From Actinomycetes bacterium (lineage in GTDB: Bacteria > Actinomycetota > Actinomycetes > S36-B12 > GCA-2699445): a DNA stretch of 37,077 nucleotides. A model generated the notes under the pieces. The model was not told the DNA's origin. It was given only the letters and a program-made list of their open reading frames with translations, and did no database searches. Shown here piece after piece: positions 1 through 8,866 of the stretch. The DNA is taken from positions 1 through 37,077 of the forward strand of contig JAHZKU010000299.1 in NCBI GenBank assembly GCA_022600255.1, written 5' to 3'. Every line of letters starts with the position of its first letter. Positions within the stretch are counted from its first letter, which is position 1. The translations under genes and the position numbers were made by a program.

Positions 1-456
1 CGATACTTCTTCGCCCGCAAGACCATGTTTGTGAAGTACGCGTGTGGCTTCATTGTGCTCCCTGGTGGGTTCGGCACCTTGGACGAACTCTTCGAGGCAC
101 TCACGCTGGTCCAAACCCAGAAGGTCACAACGTTTCCTGTCGTCCTGGTGGGCAGTGAGTACTGGGCGGGTCTGATCGACTGGATCGGCACTGCACTCGA
201 AGAGGAAGGCATGATCAGCCCGGGCGATCTCGACCTCATCGACGTCACCGATTCCCCGGAGGAGGCAGTTCAGATCATCAAGAACGCCGAATCCACCCGG
301 CTGGCCCTGACCGCGGCCAATACCGCCTCCGGAGCACGAACGCCTGCATCCCAGCAGCCGGATCATTCTCCGCCGCCAAACGCGCCAGCCAAGCGGCGCA
401 GCCAAATCGAGGTCGATATCGCTCGCCGCGCTCAAGAGGGTCGAGACGGCAGTTGA
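1..456 (+). CDS. LOG family (TIGR00730-type) nucleotide phosphoribohydrolase, 5'-partial
   Basis: Frame open from base 1 (RYFFARKTMFVKY); PGGFGTLDE motif; low-complexity C-terminal tail. Confidence 0.9.
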   Translation, partial: RYFFARKTMFVKYACGFIVLPGGFGTLDELFEALTLVQTQKVTTFPVVLVGSEYWAGLIDWIGTALEEEGMISPGDLDLIDVTDSPEEAVQIIKNAESTRLALTAANTASGARTPASQQPDHSPPPNAPAKRRSQIEVDIARRAQEGRDGS

Positions 457-479
457 GCGTGCGCGCCCTCGCAACGGGG

Positions 480-530
480 ACCCGTCAACCCGTCAACCCG
501 TCAACCCGTCAACCCGTCAACCCGTCAACC
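480..530. repeat. Perfect 8-bp tandem repeat (CCCGTCAA)x6
   Basis: Six consecutive units 481-528, overlapping the dapE stop codon. Confidence 0.97.
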
Positions 531-1587
531 ATTGCATCATGATTCGTTCACACGCGACGAGATCGGAGATCGGCACGTGCTCGTTTGGCGCATGAGCCAG
601 TGTTGGATCCCCAGGACCAAAGTTCACCGCCGGAACCCCAATCTCACTAAATCGGGCGACATCGGTCCAACCAAGTTTCGGCTGTGGGGTCGCGCCGACT
701 GCGGCCACGAAGTCCGCTGCTGCAGGGCGCTGCAACCCTGGCAACGCACCGGGGGCCTCATCGACGAAGGCGACCTGATAGCCGGAGAAGACCTCCACGA
801 CGTGCTGCTTGGCCTGCGAAACTGAAAGATTCGGGGCGAAGCGGTAGTTGACCACCACTTCACAGAAGTCAGGAATGACGTTTCCGGCAATCCCCCCGGA
901 GATTCCGACGGCGTTCAGGCCTTCCCGGTATTCCAAGCCGTCAATCTGGACCCGCTGCGGCTGATAGTCCAGCAGTCGCTGCAGCACATCGATCGCATCA
1001 TGAACAGCGTTGCGTCCCATCCAACTCCGCGCACTGTGGGCACGCCGCCCAGGCACGGCAACCACTGCACGCAACGTACCTTGGCAGCCAGCCTCCACCA
1101 CCGCATTGGACGGTTCCATCAGCACCGCGAAATCGGCCGCTAGCAACTCCGGCGTGTCGCGCGCCAACCGCGCCAACCCATTCCTCTCAGCTTCGACCTC
1201 TTCGCACTCGTAGTAGACGAAAGTCACATCCCTATTGGGTTCCACCAACTGCCGGGCCAACTTCAATGAGACCGCGACACCACCCTTCATGTCACAGCTA
1301 CCCAGCCCGGATATCACTCCCTCGCTGAGCGTGTGTGGCAGGTTCCCGGCGCTGGGCACGGTGTCCAAGTGGCCGCCGATAAGCACCCGCTCGCGGCGAC
1401 CCAACTGGGTCTGGGCTACGACATTGTTGCCAACGCGAGTCACCGTAAGGCCGCTGATCTGGCGGACGGCAGCTTCTACCATGTCTGCCAGCGGCCCTTC
1501 TGAACCGGACTCGGAGGGCACGTCCACCAGGCTCGCGGTCAGTTGCACGATGTCTTGGGAGAGGTCGACGAAATCAGTTTGTTCCAC
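517..1587 (-). CDS. dapE: Succinyl-diaminopimelate desuccinylase (M20 family)
   Basis: [34 protein letters not shown] motifs; adjacent to dapD. Start set at GTG 1587 (ORF track start 1617 overlaps dapD). Confidence 0.93.
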   Translation of the reverse strand: MEQTDFVDLSQDIVQLTASLVDVPSESGSEGPLADMVEAAVRQISGLTVTRVGNNVVAQTQLGRRERVLIGGHLDTVPSAGNLPHTLSEGVISGLGSCDMKGGVAVSLKLARQLVEPNRDVTFVYYECEEVEAERNGLARLARDTPELLAADFAVLMEPSNAVVEAGCQGTLRAVVAVPGRRAHSARSWMGRNAVHDAIDVLQRLLDYQPQRVQIDGLEYREGLNAVGISGGIAGNVIPDFCEVVVNYRFAPNLSVSQAKQHVVEVFSGYQVAFVDEAPGALPGLQRPAAADFVAAVGATPQPKLGWTDVARFSEIGVPAVNFGPGDPTLAHAPNEHVPISDLVACERIMMQWLTG

Positions 1588-1604
1588 CTCGATACGGTAT
1601 AACG
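1588..1604. promoter_or_regulatory. Putative bidirectional leaderless promoter for dapE and dapD
   Basis: TACGGT (1593-1598, +) lies 6 nt before ATG 1605; TACCGT (1599-1594, -) lies 6 nt before GTG 1587. Confidence 0.65.
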
Positions 1605-2543
1605 ATGAACACTGCATCTGCCGCCGCTATCCAACCTGCTTCGGGAATCGGCCTCGCCACCGTTTGTGATGGCCACATTCTTGACGTTTGGTACCCCAAC
1701 CCAACCCTCGGCGAAACAGCGGCTGATGTTCCGGACATCTCCACCGGGATTCACACCGACTCGCTGCGTCAGGTCTCGATTCAGACCATCACCACACGGA
1801 TCGCCGACCTGAAGGCCGCGCCGGTGGACACCGCAGATGTGTATCTGCGACTGCACTTGCTGAGTCACCGACTGGTCCAGCCGCATTCGATCAACCTCGA
1901 CGGCATCTTCGGGCTACTTCCAAATGTCGCGTGGACCAGCAAGGGTCCTGTTGCCTTGGAGCGTCTGGACCGGGCCCGCCTGGCTGCCCGCGCACACGGT
2001 GAGATTCTGACTGTTCTGTCGCTGGACAAGTTTCCTCGGATGGTTGACTACGTAACCCCGACGGGTGTTCGGATCGGCGATGCGGATCGCGTGCGACTCG
2101 GGGCGCACTTGGCCGCCGGGACTACCGTGATGCACGAAGGATTCGTGAACTTCAACGCGGGAACCTTGGGGACATCCATGGTCGAAGGTCGAATTTCCGC
2201 AGGCGTTGTCGTGGGCGACGGCTCGGACATTGGCGGCGGCGCGTCGATCATGGGCACGCTATCTGGCGGTGGCAAGGAAGTGATTTCAATCGGTCGTGGC
2301 TGCCTCATCGGGGCCAACGCCGGTTGCGGTATCTCCCTAGGCGACAACTGCATCATTGAAGCAGGTTGCTACGTTACGGGCGGCGCCAAAGTCGAGCTCC
2401 CCGATGGCGAAATCGTCCGGGCCCGCGACCTCTCCGGCGCATCAGACCTGCTGTTCATTCGGAACTCGGTCACCGGAGCGATCCAAGTGAAGTCCCGCAC
2501 CGGAAACTGGGGCGGCCTCAACGAAGCGTTGCACCAGAACTGA
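1605..2543 (+). CDS. dapD: Tetrahydrodipicolinate N-succinyltransferase (actinobacterial type)
   Basis: [20 protein letters not shown], hexapeptide repeats [29 protein letters not shown] end. Confidence 0.96.
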   Translation: MNTASAAAIQPASGIGLATVCDGHILDVWYPNPTLGETAADVPDISTGIHTDSLRQVSIQTITTRIADLKAAPVDTADVYLRLHLLSHRLVQPHSINLDGIFGLLPNVAWTSKGPVALERLDRARLAARAHGEILTVLSLDKFPRMVDYVTPTGVRIGDADRVRLGAHLAAGTTVMHEGFVNFNAGTLGTSMVEGRISAGVVVGDGSDIGGGASIMGTLSGGGKEVISIGRGCLIGANAGCGISLGDNCIIEAGCYVTGGAKVELPDGEIVRARDLSGASDLLFIRNSVTGAIQVKSRTGNWGGLNEALHQN

Positions 2544-2565
2544 CGCACTGGGACGTGCGGGATGT

Positions 2566-2964
2566 TCAGTCTTCGTCCTCGTCAATGCCGGTCGAACCCA
2601 CCGCACCTAATCCCTCCCCTTCACCAACTTGGGCGACTCGGCTGAATGCACGGTCGGTCCAGGCTGCGCTTGCTGTGACGGCGTCGCGTGCCTCCTGTAG
2701 GTCAGCGGCCACCGCTAACAACATGGCATTCGCATCGTCGTGGCCCGTGGTGCGGAAGAACCTGTCGTCGTCTCCGGCGGCATCTTCCACCTGCTCAGCA
2801 ATGTGCTCGGTCGCCTCGCTTAAGCTAGCCAAGAGAACCCGAAGGACACCTAAGCTCTGGTACCAGTCGGCGACATCAGTGGGGGGTACGTCGGACAAGG
2901 CCGTGCGCACATCTTCTGCCGCCGCATTCAGCCGCAACGCATATTCACTCATAGTTGCCAGCAT
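2566..2964 (-). CDS. Hypothetical acidic alpha-helical protein
   Basis: 132-aa Ala/Asp/Glu-rich ORF; AGGAGG upstream; start may be ATG 2952. Confidence 0.65.
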   Translation of the reverse strand: MLATMSEYALRLNAAAEDVRTALSDVPPTDVADWYQSLGVLRVLLASLSEATEHIAEQVEDAAGDDDRFFRTTGHDDANAMLLAVAADLQEARDAVTASAAWTDRAFSRVAQVGEGEGLGAVGSTGIDEDED

Positions 2965-3048
2965 CCTCCTGTTCGCCCGGGTAGGCGAGTTGCGGCCTGA
3001 CCGTTAGCGCCCCAAGCGGAAAAAGCGTCGGGCCAGCCAACACCTGGC

Positions 3049-3702
3049 TTACGGGATTGCGTCGAACGTTTGCTTGCGCGCCTGGTACTTGCGGGTCATG
3101 ACGGGTTTGGCGACGAGGCGTACGAACCAAGGCAGGGTGTCCCAAGCTGCCGTCTGATCGTCCTGCGTGGCGCCATCACAAATCCACGGAAATACCAGTG
3201 CCGCGTCCGGGCCAGACCGGGTGTATTTGTGAAACTCATCCAGGTCAGCCGCCCTGATGTGCCGTTGCAGCACCTTGGTGGCGTCACGCTCTTCGTGCTG
3301 GCAGTGCCCAACCAAGATTGTGGTTAGTTCCACCAGGTTGGAGCGCATCTGCGCCAAGTCGACCGACCGACCAGCACCCAAGTCAGCGAACTGCACATCA
3401 AGCTTGTGGAGTTGCCCCGACAGCGCCGCGTGTTCGGCTTCCATGGCAGTCAGCACGACCTGCTCCTCCGGACGTGACGATCGTTCCTGCGCCAGCGGCC
3501 ACAAGTACTTGTCTTCACCCATGTGATGGTGCTCGAGTTGCTCCGAGAAGAAATTCCACCGCTGCACCAAACCGGTCGCATCGAGTTCGGGATCATCGGC
3601 AAGCGCCACAACTCCAGCAGTGATGCGGACCAACTCCCGCTTGAACGCTCCGTGCAGGAGTTGGTTCATCTTGAAATCAAGAGGTTTGTCGCCCACAGTC
3701 AC
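3049..3702 (-). CDS. Hemerythrin/HHE cation-binding domain protein
   Basis: HGAFKRE, HHHMGED..LWP, MEAEH, HCQHEE ligand pattern; GTG 3702 overlaps gltA stop (GTGA). Confidence 0.85.
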   Translation of the reverse strand: MTVGDKPLDFKMNQLLHGAFKRELVRITAGVVALADDPELDATGLVQRWNFFSEQLEHHHMGEDKYLWPLAQERSSRPEEQVVLTAMEAEHAALSGQLHKLDVQFADLGAGRSVDLAQMRSNLVELTTILVGHCQHEERDATKVLQRHIRAADLDEFHKYTRSGPDAALVFPWICDGATQDDQTAAWDTLPWFVRLVAKPVMTRKYQARKQTFDAIP

Positions 3703-4985
3703 CGCCCCAGAATGGGCTGATAGTTGCGCTCGGTGGCTCCCACGTACAACTGCCTCGGACGCCCAATCTTCGTTTCGGGATCGTCGATCATCTCGCGCCA
3801 CTGCGCAATCCAGCCCGGCAACCGACCGAGCGCGAACAAGACGGTGAACATGCGCGGGGGGAAGCCCAAAGCTTTATAGATCAGGCCGGTGTAGAAGTCG
3901 ACGTTGGGGTACAGGCTGCGTGACACGAAGAAATCGTCTGCCAGCGCCACCTCTTCCAGTCGCAGTGCAATGTCTAGCAGCGGATCGCGAATCTGCAGCA
4001 ACTCGAAGATCTCGTGCGCCTTTTCTTTAACGATCGCGGCGCGCGGATCGTAGTTCTTGTAGACCCGATGGCCAAAGCCCATGAGCTTAACGCCGTGATC
4101 ACGGTTCTTGACCTGACGAATGAAGGTGTTCACCCCGCCCCCGGACGCGTGGATTCCCTCCAGCATTTCCAACACGGCTTGGTTGGCACCGCCGTGCAGT
4201 GGTCCGAACAAGGCGTTGATGCCAGCGGAGATAGAGGCGAACATGTTCGCATGCGACGAGCCCACTAGGCGTACGGTTGACGTCGAACAGTTCTGCTCAT
4301 GATCGGCATGCAGGATCAGCAGCATGTCCAGGGCCTTGGCGATCGCCGGATCGACCTCGTAGTCTTCCGCCGGGACCCCGAATGACATCCGCAGATAGTT
4401 CTCGACGTAGGGGTAGGCATTGTTCGGATACAGGAACGGTTGGCCCACGGACTTCTTGTAAGCGTAAGCGGCAATGGTGGGGACCTTGGCCAGCAAACGG
4501 ATTGTGGAAATCTCCACCTGCTCAGGGTCGAGCGGGTCAAGGGAGTCTTCATAGAACGTTGACAGGGCACTGACGGCACTGGACAAGACCGGCATAGGGT
4601 GAGCGTCTCGGGGGAAACCGTCGAAGAGTCGGCGCAGATCTTCGTGCAGCATCGTGTGTCGCCCGATCCGTCCGGTGAAATCGGCCAACTCGGACTCGGT
4701 GGGCAACTCCCCGTAGATCAACAGATAAGCCACCTCTAGGTAGGTGGATTGCTGAGCCAGCTGTTCAATCGGATACCCGCGATAACGCAAGATGCCGGCG
4801 TCGCCATCGATATAGGTAATCGCGGAACGACACGATGATGTGTTCACGAATCCGGTGTCCAACGACGTCATACCGGTGGTCTTCAGCAGACTGCCAGTTT
4901 CAACCGCAGAGGCCCCCTCGGTTGCGAGAGCTACTGGCATATCCAGCGTCCCTCCGGGGTATTCCAGGGATACTTCATCGCTCAC
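3699..4985 (-). CDS. gltA: Citrate synthase (type II)
   Basis: LHADHEQNCST, GPLHGGAN, GFGHRVYK, YPNVDFY; GGAGGT RBS before GTG 4985. Confidence 0.97.
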   Translation of the reverse strand: MSDEVSLEYPGGTLDMPVALATEGASAVETGSLLKTTGMTSLDTGFVNTSSCRSAITYIDGDAGILRYRGYPIEQLAQQSTYLEVAYLLIYGELPTESELADFTGRIGRHTMLHEDLRRLFDGFPRDAHPMPVLSSAVSALSTFYEDSLDPLDPEQVEISTIRLLAKVPTIAAYAYKKSVGQPFLYPNNAYPYVENYLRMSFGVPAEDYEVDPAIAKALDMLLILHADHEQNCSTSTVRLVGSSHANMFASISAGINALFGPLHGGANQAVLEMLEGIHASGGGVNTFIRQVKNRDHGVKLMGFGHRVYKNYDPRAAIVKEKAHEIFELLQIRDPLLDIALRLEEVALADDFFVSRSLYPNVDFYTGLIYKALGFPPRMFTVLFALGRLPGWIAQWREMIDDPETKIGRPRQLYVGATERNYQPILGR

Positions 4986-5072
4986 AGCGATACCTCCACA
5001 GGGTTTTAGACTCTTCACCCAACACGTTCCACGTTACCGGCTGACCCAGTTGGCTGCGTCTTGGCGGTCGAG

Positions 5073-6263
5073 TTACGACGAATCCGATACACCCGCGGCG
5101 CGGTTAACCGGGCCGGCCGCGACGATGCGCTGCACCGCGGTCGCCTGCTCCGCCGGCGAGCCCGTAAGAGAGATTCGGACGTGCTCATGACCAGACGGGC
5201 CGTAGAAACTGCCCGGTGCCACCAGAATCCCGAGCGCCAAGAAGTGCTCGACCAACTGCATGTCAGGGGGCAGGTCACTGCCTGGAGCCCCGGCATCGGT
5301 GCGGTCCGGATTCATGTGGGGGTTCGCCGGGTCCGCGCGGACCCATAGAAAGAGCCCTTCGCTAGGCGACTGCACCACAAATGCGGCTTCAGTCAAAGCC
5401 GCAGCAAGGTCAACCCGACGTTGCTGATATTGCTGGGCGGCCAATCTCACATGATCATCGTCGTTCCAGGCGGCCGTCGCCGCCGCCTGGATGGGCTCCG
5501 GCACGATGAGGCCCGCGTTGCGCCGCTGGGACGCGAGATCGGCGATGAGTCCAGGATCGCCACTTACCATCCCCTCGCGGTAGCCCGCCATTGCGGATCG
5601 CTTTGACAGTGAGTGTACGGCGAGCAAGCCGGTCAGATCCCCGTCATTCACTTCCGGGGACAGAATCGAAGGTGCTGGGGAATCCGGTTCGGCCAACTCC
5701 AGGTAACACTCATCACTTGCCACCACACACCCCGAGTCTCGGGCCCATTGGACCACCTTGCGCAGGTGCTGCACCGGCAGCGTCTTCCCGGTGGGGTTGG
5801 ACGGCGTGTTGAGCCATAGAAGGTTTGGCCTACTGGGCCCGAATGCTAAGAGGGAGTCGCTGCGGATCACCTGAGCGCCCACGCGCAGTGCGCCCACTTC
5901 GTACGTGGGATAAGCCAGCGCAGGAATGCCCACAAGCGAAGTGTTGGACAACCGCAGCAGTCGAGGCAGGTCCGCGATCAGTTCCTTGCTGCCAATCGTG
6001 GCCAGCACTGCATCGGGTTGGATCTCCACCGATAGTCTGCGTTGCGCCCAAGCCGCATAAGCCTCCCGCAATGGCTGGGAGCCCACCGATTTGGGATAAC
6101 CCGGGGCGTTGGCCGCGACCCGGAGCGCCTCCTGCACAACGCGCGGAGTCGGTCCGGTTGGAGAACCTTGCCCAAGATCAATGGTGGGCTGCTGTCCGGC
6201 CGTGGCACGCTGCCGCAGCAGGGCGCTGAACTCGCTGATGTTCCACAGGCGCTGGGCCATCAC
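5073..6263 (-). CDS. dapC: N-succinyldiaminopimelate aminotransferase (PLP class I/II)
   Basis: IGSKELIA, AYPTYEVGA, NTPSNPTG, SDECY, HSLSKRS (PLP lysine); dap cluster context. Confidence 0.88.
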   Translation of the reverse strand: MMAQRLWNISEFSALLRQRATAGQQPTIDLGQGSPTGPTPRVVQEALRVAANAPGYPKSVGSQPLREAYAAWAQRRLSVEIQPDAVLATIGSKELIADLPRLLRLSNTSLVGIPALAYPTYEVGALRVGAQVIRSDSLLAFGPSRPNLLWLNTPSNPTGKTLPVQHLRKVVQWARDSGCVVASDECYLELAEPDSPAPSILSPEVNDGDLTGLLAVHSLSKRSAMAGYREGMVSGDPGLIADLASQRRNAGLIVPEPIQAAATAAWNDDDHVRLAAQQYQQRRVDLAAALTEAAFVVQSPSEGLFLWVRADPANPHMNPDRTDAGAPGSDLPPDMQLVEHFLALGILVAPGSFYGPSGHEHVRISLTGSPAEQATAVQRIVAAGPVNRAAGVSDSS

Positions 6264-7240
6264 GATCCTCGGCTCAGGACGAGATCGAAGTTGCCCTGCT
6301 GCGTCGCAAACTCCACCACAGCAGTCCCTGAGTCACGAACACTCAGCAACTGCTGCAACAGCTCCGAGGCTGTCAGGTCCGCGCTGGCCTCGCGGGTTGG
6401 TTCGGTGACGGCGCCCTGCTCCACGCGCAATGTATGGGCGGCACGTAGCCATTCAATTAGGGCTGCAGTGTCACAAGCCTCTAGCAGCGCGGCTGCGCGA
6501 TTCAGTTCCGCCGCAGCCTGGCGAGCGCGCAGCGCGGCCTCGCCGGCGTTGGCCGCAAGGAACTCTGCGGTTCTTTCCACGGGTGCCGCACTGATACGGT
6601 TCAAGTCCCGAAAAGACCCGGCGGCAAGTCGCACCGCCAGTAGATTGGGGCCAGGGGCAACCACCACATTGCCCAGTGCCCCGGCAAGCAGATGGGGCAG
6701 GTGGGAGATCTCCGCCACGGATTGATCGTGCGTTTGCGCACTCACGGGAATCGGCTGGCCACCTAACGCTGTGATGATCTCGAGCACGCTGGCCAAGGCC
6801 GCAGCATCAGTCTGCGTTGTCACGACCACTGGCCAGGGCGCTTCTTGGAACAAGTCAGCGCGTCCGGCCGCGAACCCCGCTTCTTCTGATCCGGCCATTG
6901 GGTGCGTCGCAACAAACGGAAAAGTCGGGTCAACCGCGAGCCAGGCGCCGACAATTCCAGACTTCACTGAGCCAGCATCCATCACGACAGGTCGAGACCC
7001 GCTTGCCATCAGTTCCTGCAGCAGTACAGTGTTGCTTTGGGTCGGGGCCGCCAAGATCACGACGTCACAGGTGGCCAGTCCCGCTATCGATTCCACCGGC
7101 CGTACCCCGAGGTCAGCGGCCGCGCGTCGAGCAGCAGCATTGGGGTCGAACGCCGTCACGCTTGCGCTCGGTGCTAGGCAGCGTGCGATCGAAGATCCGA
7201 TCAGACCAAGGCCGGCGACCCCGACCACCGATTCACGCAT
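6260..7240 (-). CDS. tyrA: Prephenate/arogenate dehydrogenase (TyrA family)
   Basis: GLGLIGSS Rossmann motif, DAGSVK, HPMAGSE, HD..VAEISHLPH, GSFRD. Confidence 0.9.
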   Translation of the reverse strand: MRESVVGVAGLGLIGSSIARCLAPSASVTAFDPNAAARRAAADLGVRPVESIAGLATCDVVILAAPTQSNTVLLQELMASGSRPVVMDAGSVKSGIVGAWLAVDPTFPFVATHPMAGSEEAGFAAGRADLFQEAPWPVVVTTQTDAAALASVLEIITALGGQPIPVSAQTHDQSVAEISHLPHLLAGALGNVVVAPGPNLLAVRLAAGSFRDLNRISAAPVERTAEFLAANAGEAALRARQAAAELNRAAALLEACDTAALIEWLRAAHTLRVEQGAVTEPTREASADLTASELLQQLLSVRDSGTAVVEFATQQGNFDLVLSRGS

Positions 7241-7243
7241 GAC

Positions 7244-8188
7244 TCAGGTCGCGAGCGACTCGGGGGTCAGCAAGGTGGCAATCCAGTCCGGCAATGCGTC
7301 AGCGGTCACCGATCCAGGCGGGGCTGACTCGCCGCCACGACGATCACCTCCGCCATTGAGCGGGTAGGAACCGAGGATCTTCAGTTCCGACGGCAATTCA
7401 GCGGCAGCCTGCAGGGCTTCCTGGATGCGCTCGTCGGCGATGTGTCCGCGCGCGGTTAGGAGAAACGAGTACTCCCCAGCCCGGGTCTTCAGGGGACGGG
7501 AACTGATCGATGTGAGTGCGATGTCCCGAGCGGCGAAGCATTGCAGGATCTCGACTAACACTCCCGTCCGGTCCCCGATCGGGGTGACCACGATCGACGT
7601 GCGATCGTGCCCAGTGGGCTCGGACACGCGTCGGCTGAGCAGCGCCATCCGCGTTGACACACCGCTGTGATCCTCAGCCACCCCGCGCAGAATTGCCAAC
7701 TGTTCCTGCTTTGCGGCAATCGCTGTGGTCAAGGCAGCGTGCTGGCTGTTGTCGGCCCCAGCCACAGCAGCGCTGGCCGCTGCATTAGATGCCACTAGTG
7801 TCACCGTTGCGTCGAGTGACTCCACAAACCGCCGACACTGCGAAAGCGCCGCGGATGTCGTGATGAGCTGTGTGACCTCACTCAGCCGACTGCCTGCCTG
7901 GCCAGCGGCCACGTAGTTGATCGGCACGATAATTTCTTCGTTGATAAAACACATGGAGGAACGAAAGATCAGCTCATCGATCGTGCTGGAGACGTCACCC
8001 TCGACCGAGGTTTCTAAGGGCACGACGCCGGCAGCGGCCTCCCCTGATTCCACGCTGAAGATGACATCGGCCACTGATTCGCGGGGTTCGACGCTGCCCG
8101 CCCAAGGTTTACCCAGCAGGTCCACAGCGCCGTGCGTGAACGTGCCAGGCGGCCCAAGGTAGGTGAGTCGCGGCTTAGGATCCGTCAC
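7244..8188 (-). CDS. pheA: Prephenate dehydratase-family protein with ACT domain, divergent active-site motifs
   Basis: YLGPPGTFT, PLETSVEG, SQCR, TRM, SSRP, GHI, LGSYP. Confidence 0.82.
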   Translation of the reverse strand: MTDPKPRLTYLGPPGTFTHGAVDLLGKPWAGSVEPRESVADVIFSVESGEAAAGVVPLETSVEGDVSSTIDELIFRSSMCFINEEIIVPINYVAAGQAGSRLSEVTQLITTSAALSQCRRFVESLDATVTLVASNAAASAAVAGADNSQHAALTTAIAAKQEQLAILRGVAEDHSGVSTRMALLSRRVSEPTGHDRTSIVVTPIGDRTGVLVEILQCFAARDIALTSISSRPLKTRAGEYSFLLTARGHIADERIQEALQAAAELPSELKILGSYPLNGGGDRRGGESAPPGSVTADALPDWIATLLTPESLAT

Positions 8189-8517
8189 TCGTCGTGTTCC
8201 TGAGGTGGCAAGGCCGTGATGAACGGTACGTCCTTCTTGAATGGCCCGTGCTTGGCCGCGCCGCCGAGATCCGATTCCGGTATGCCATCGAAGAAGTCGA
8301 CGTTGGCCGCCGTGTACTGTTCTTGATCCTCGGGCACATCATCTTCGTAGTAGATCGCTTCCACCGGGCACACGGGCTCGCAGGCCCCACAATCGACACA
8401 CTCGTCCGGGTGGATGTACAGCATCCGTTCACCCTCGTAGATACAGTCGACCGGGCATTCATCGATGCATGCCTTGTCCTTAAGATCTACACATGGTTGT
8501 GTGATGACGTAAGTCAT
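8185..8517 (-). CDS. fdxA: 7Fe ([3Fe-4S][4Fe-4S]) ferredoxin
   Basis: MTYVITQPCVDLKDKACIDECPVDCIY...CVDCGACEPVCP; AAGGAGG RBS. Confidence 0.96.
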   Translation of the reverse strand: MTYVITQPCVDLKDKACIDECPVDCIYEGERMLYIHPDECVDCGACEPVCPVEAIYYEDDVPEDQEQYTAANVDFFDGIPESDLGGAAKHGPFKKDVPFITALPPQEHDE

Positions 8518-8866
8518 CAGGTGCCTCCTTGCGAGCAGCAGATGATCTGGAGATAGGCCCAGACCAGATTCGTTGGCCAGAAATCGATTTGACTGTTAGT
8601 ACGCCACGTTCGGCGATAAGAATCGCCTTCGGTGCTCAGGACACGAGACCGGTCACGGATTTCAGACCCATCGCGGATTCGTACCCTTACTACCCCACTA
8701 GAGTATCCGAACTCGCGTACGGATCGGGTCAGCTAGTCCGATGCGCCCATTGGCATCCGCACGGAACCAGTCAGCATACGCACGGAAACCGTTCAGTCAC
8801 GACCGGTGACCTGGGAGCCGGTCAAGATCCAAACACTGGCTGCATTTCCCTTGTTACCCTTGGCAG

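Noticed and set aside
8518-8866. Possible riboswitch or ncRNA between fdxA and the glycosidase
   Set aside because: Only imperfect inverted repeats, no recognisable consensus, and the glycosidase looks leaderless
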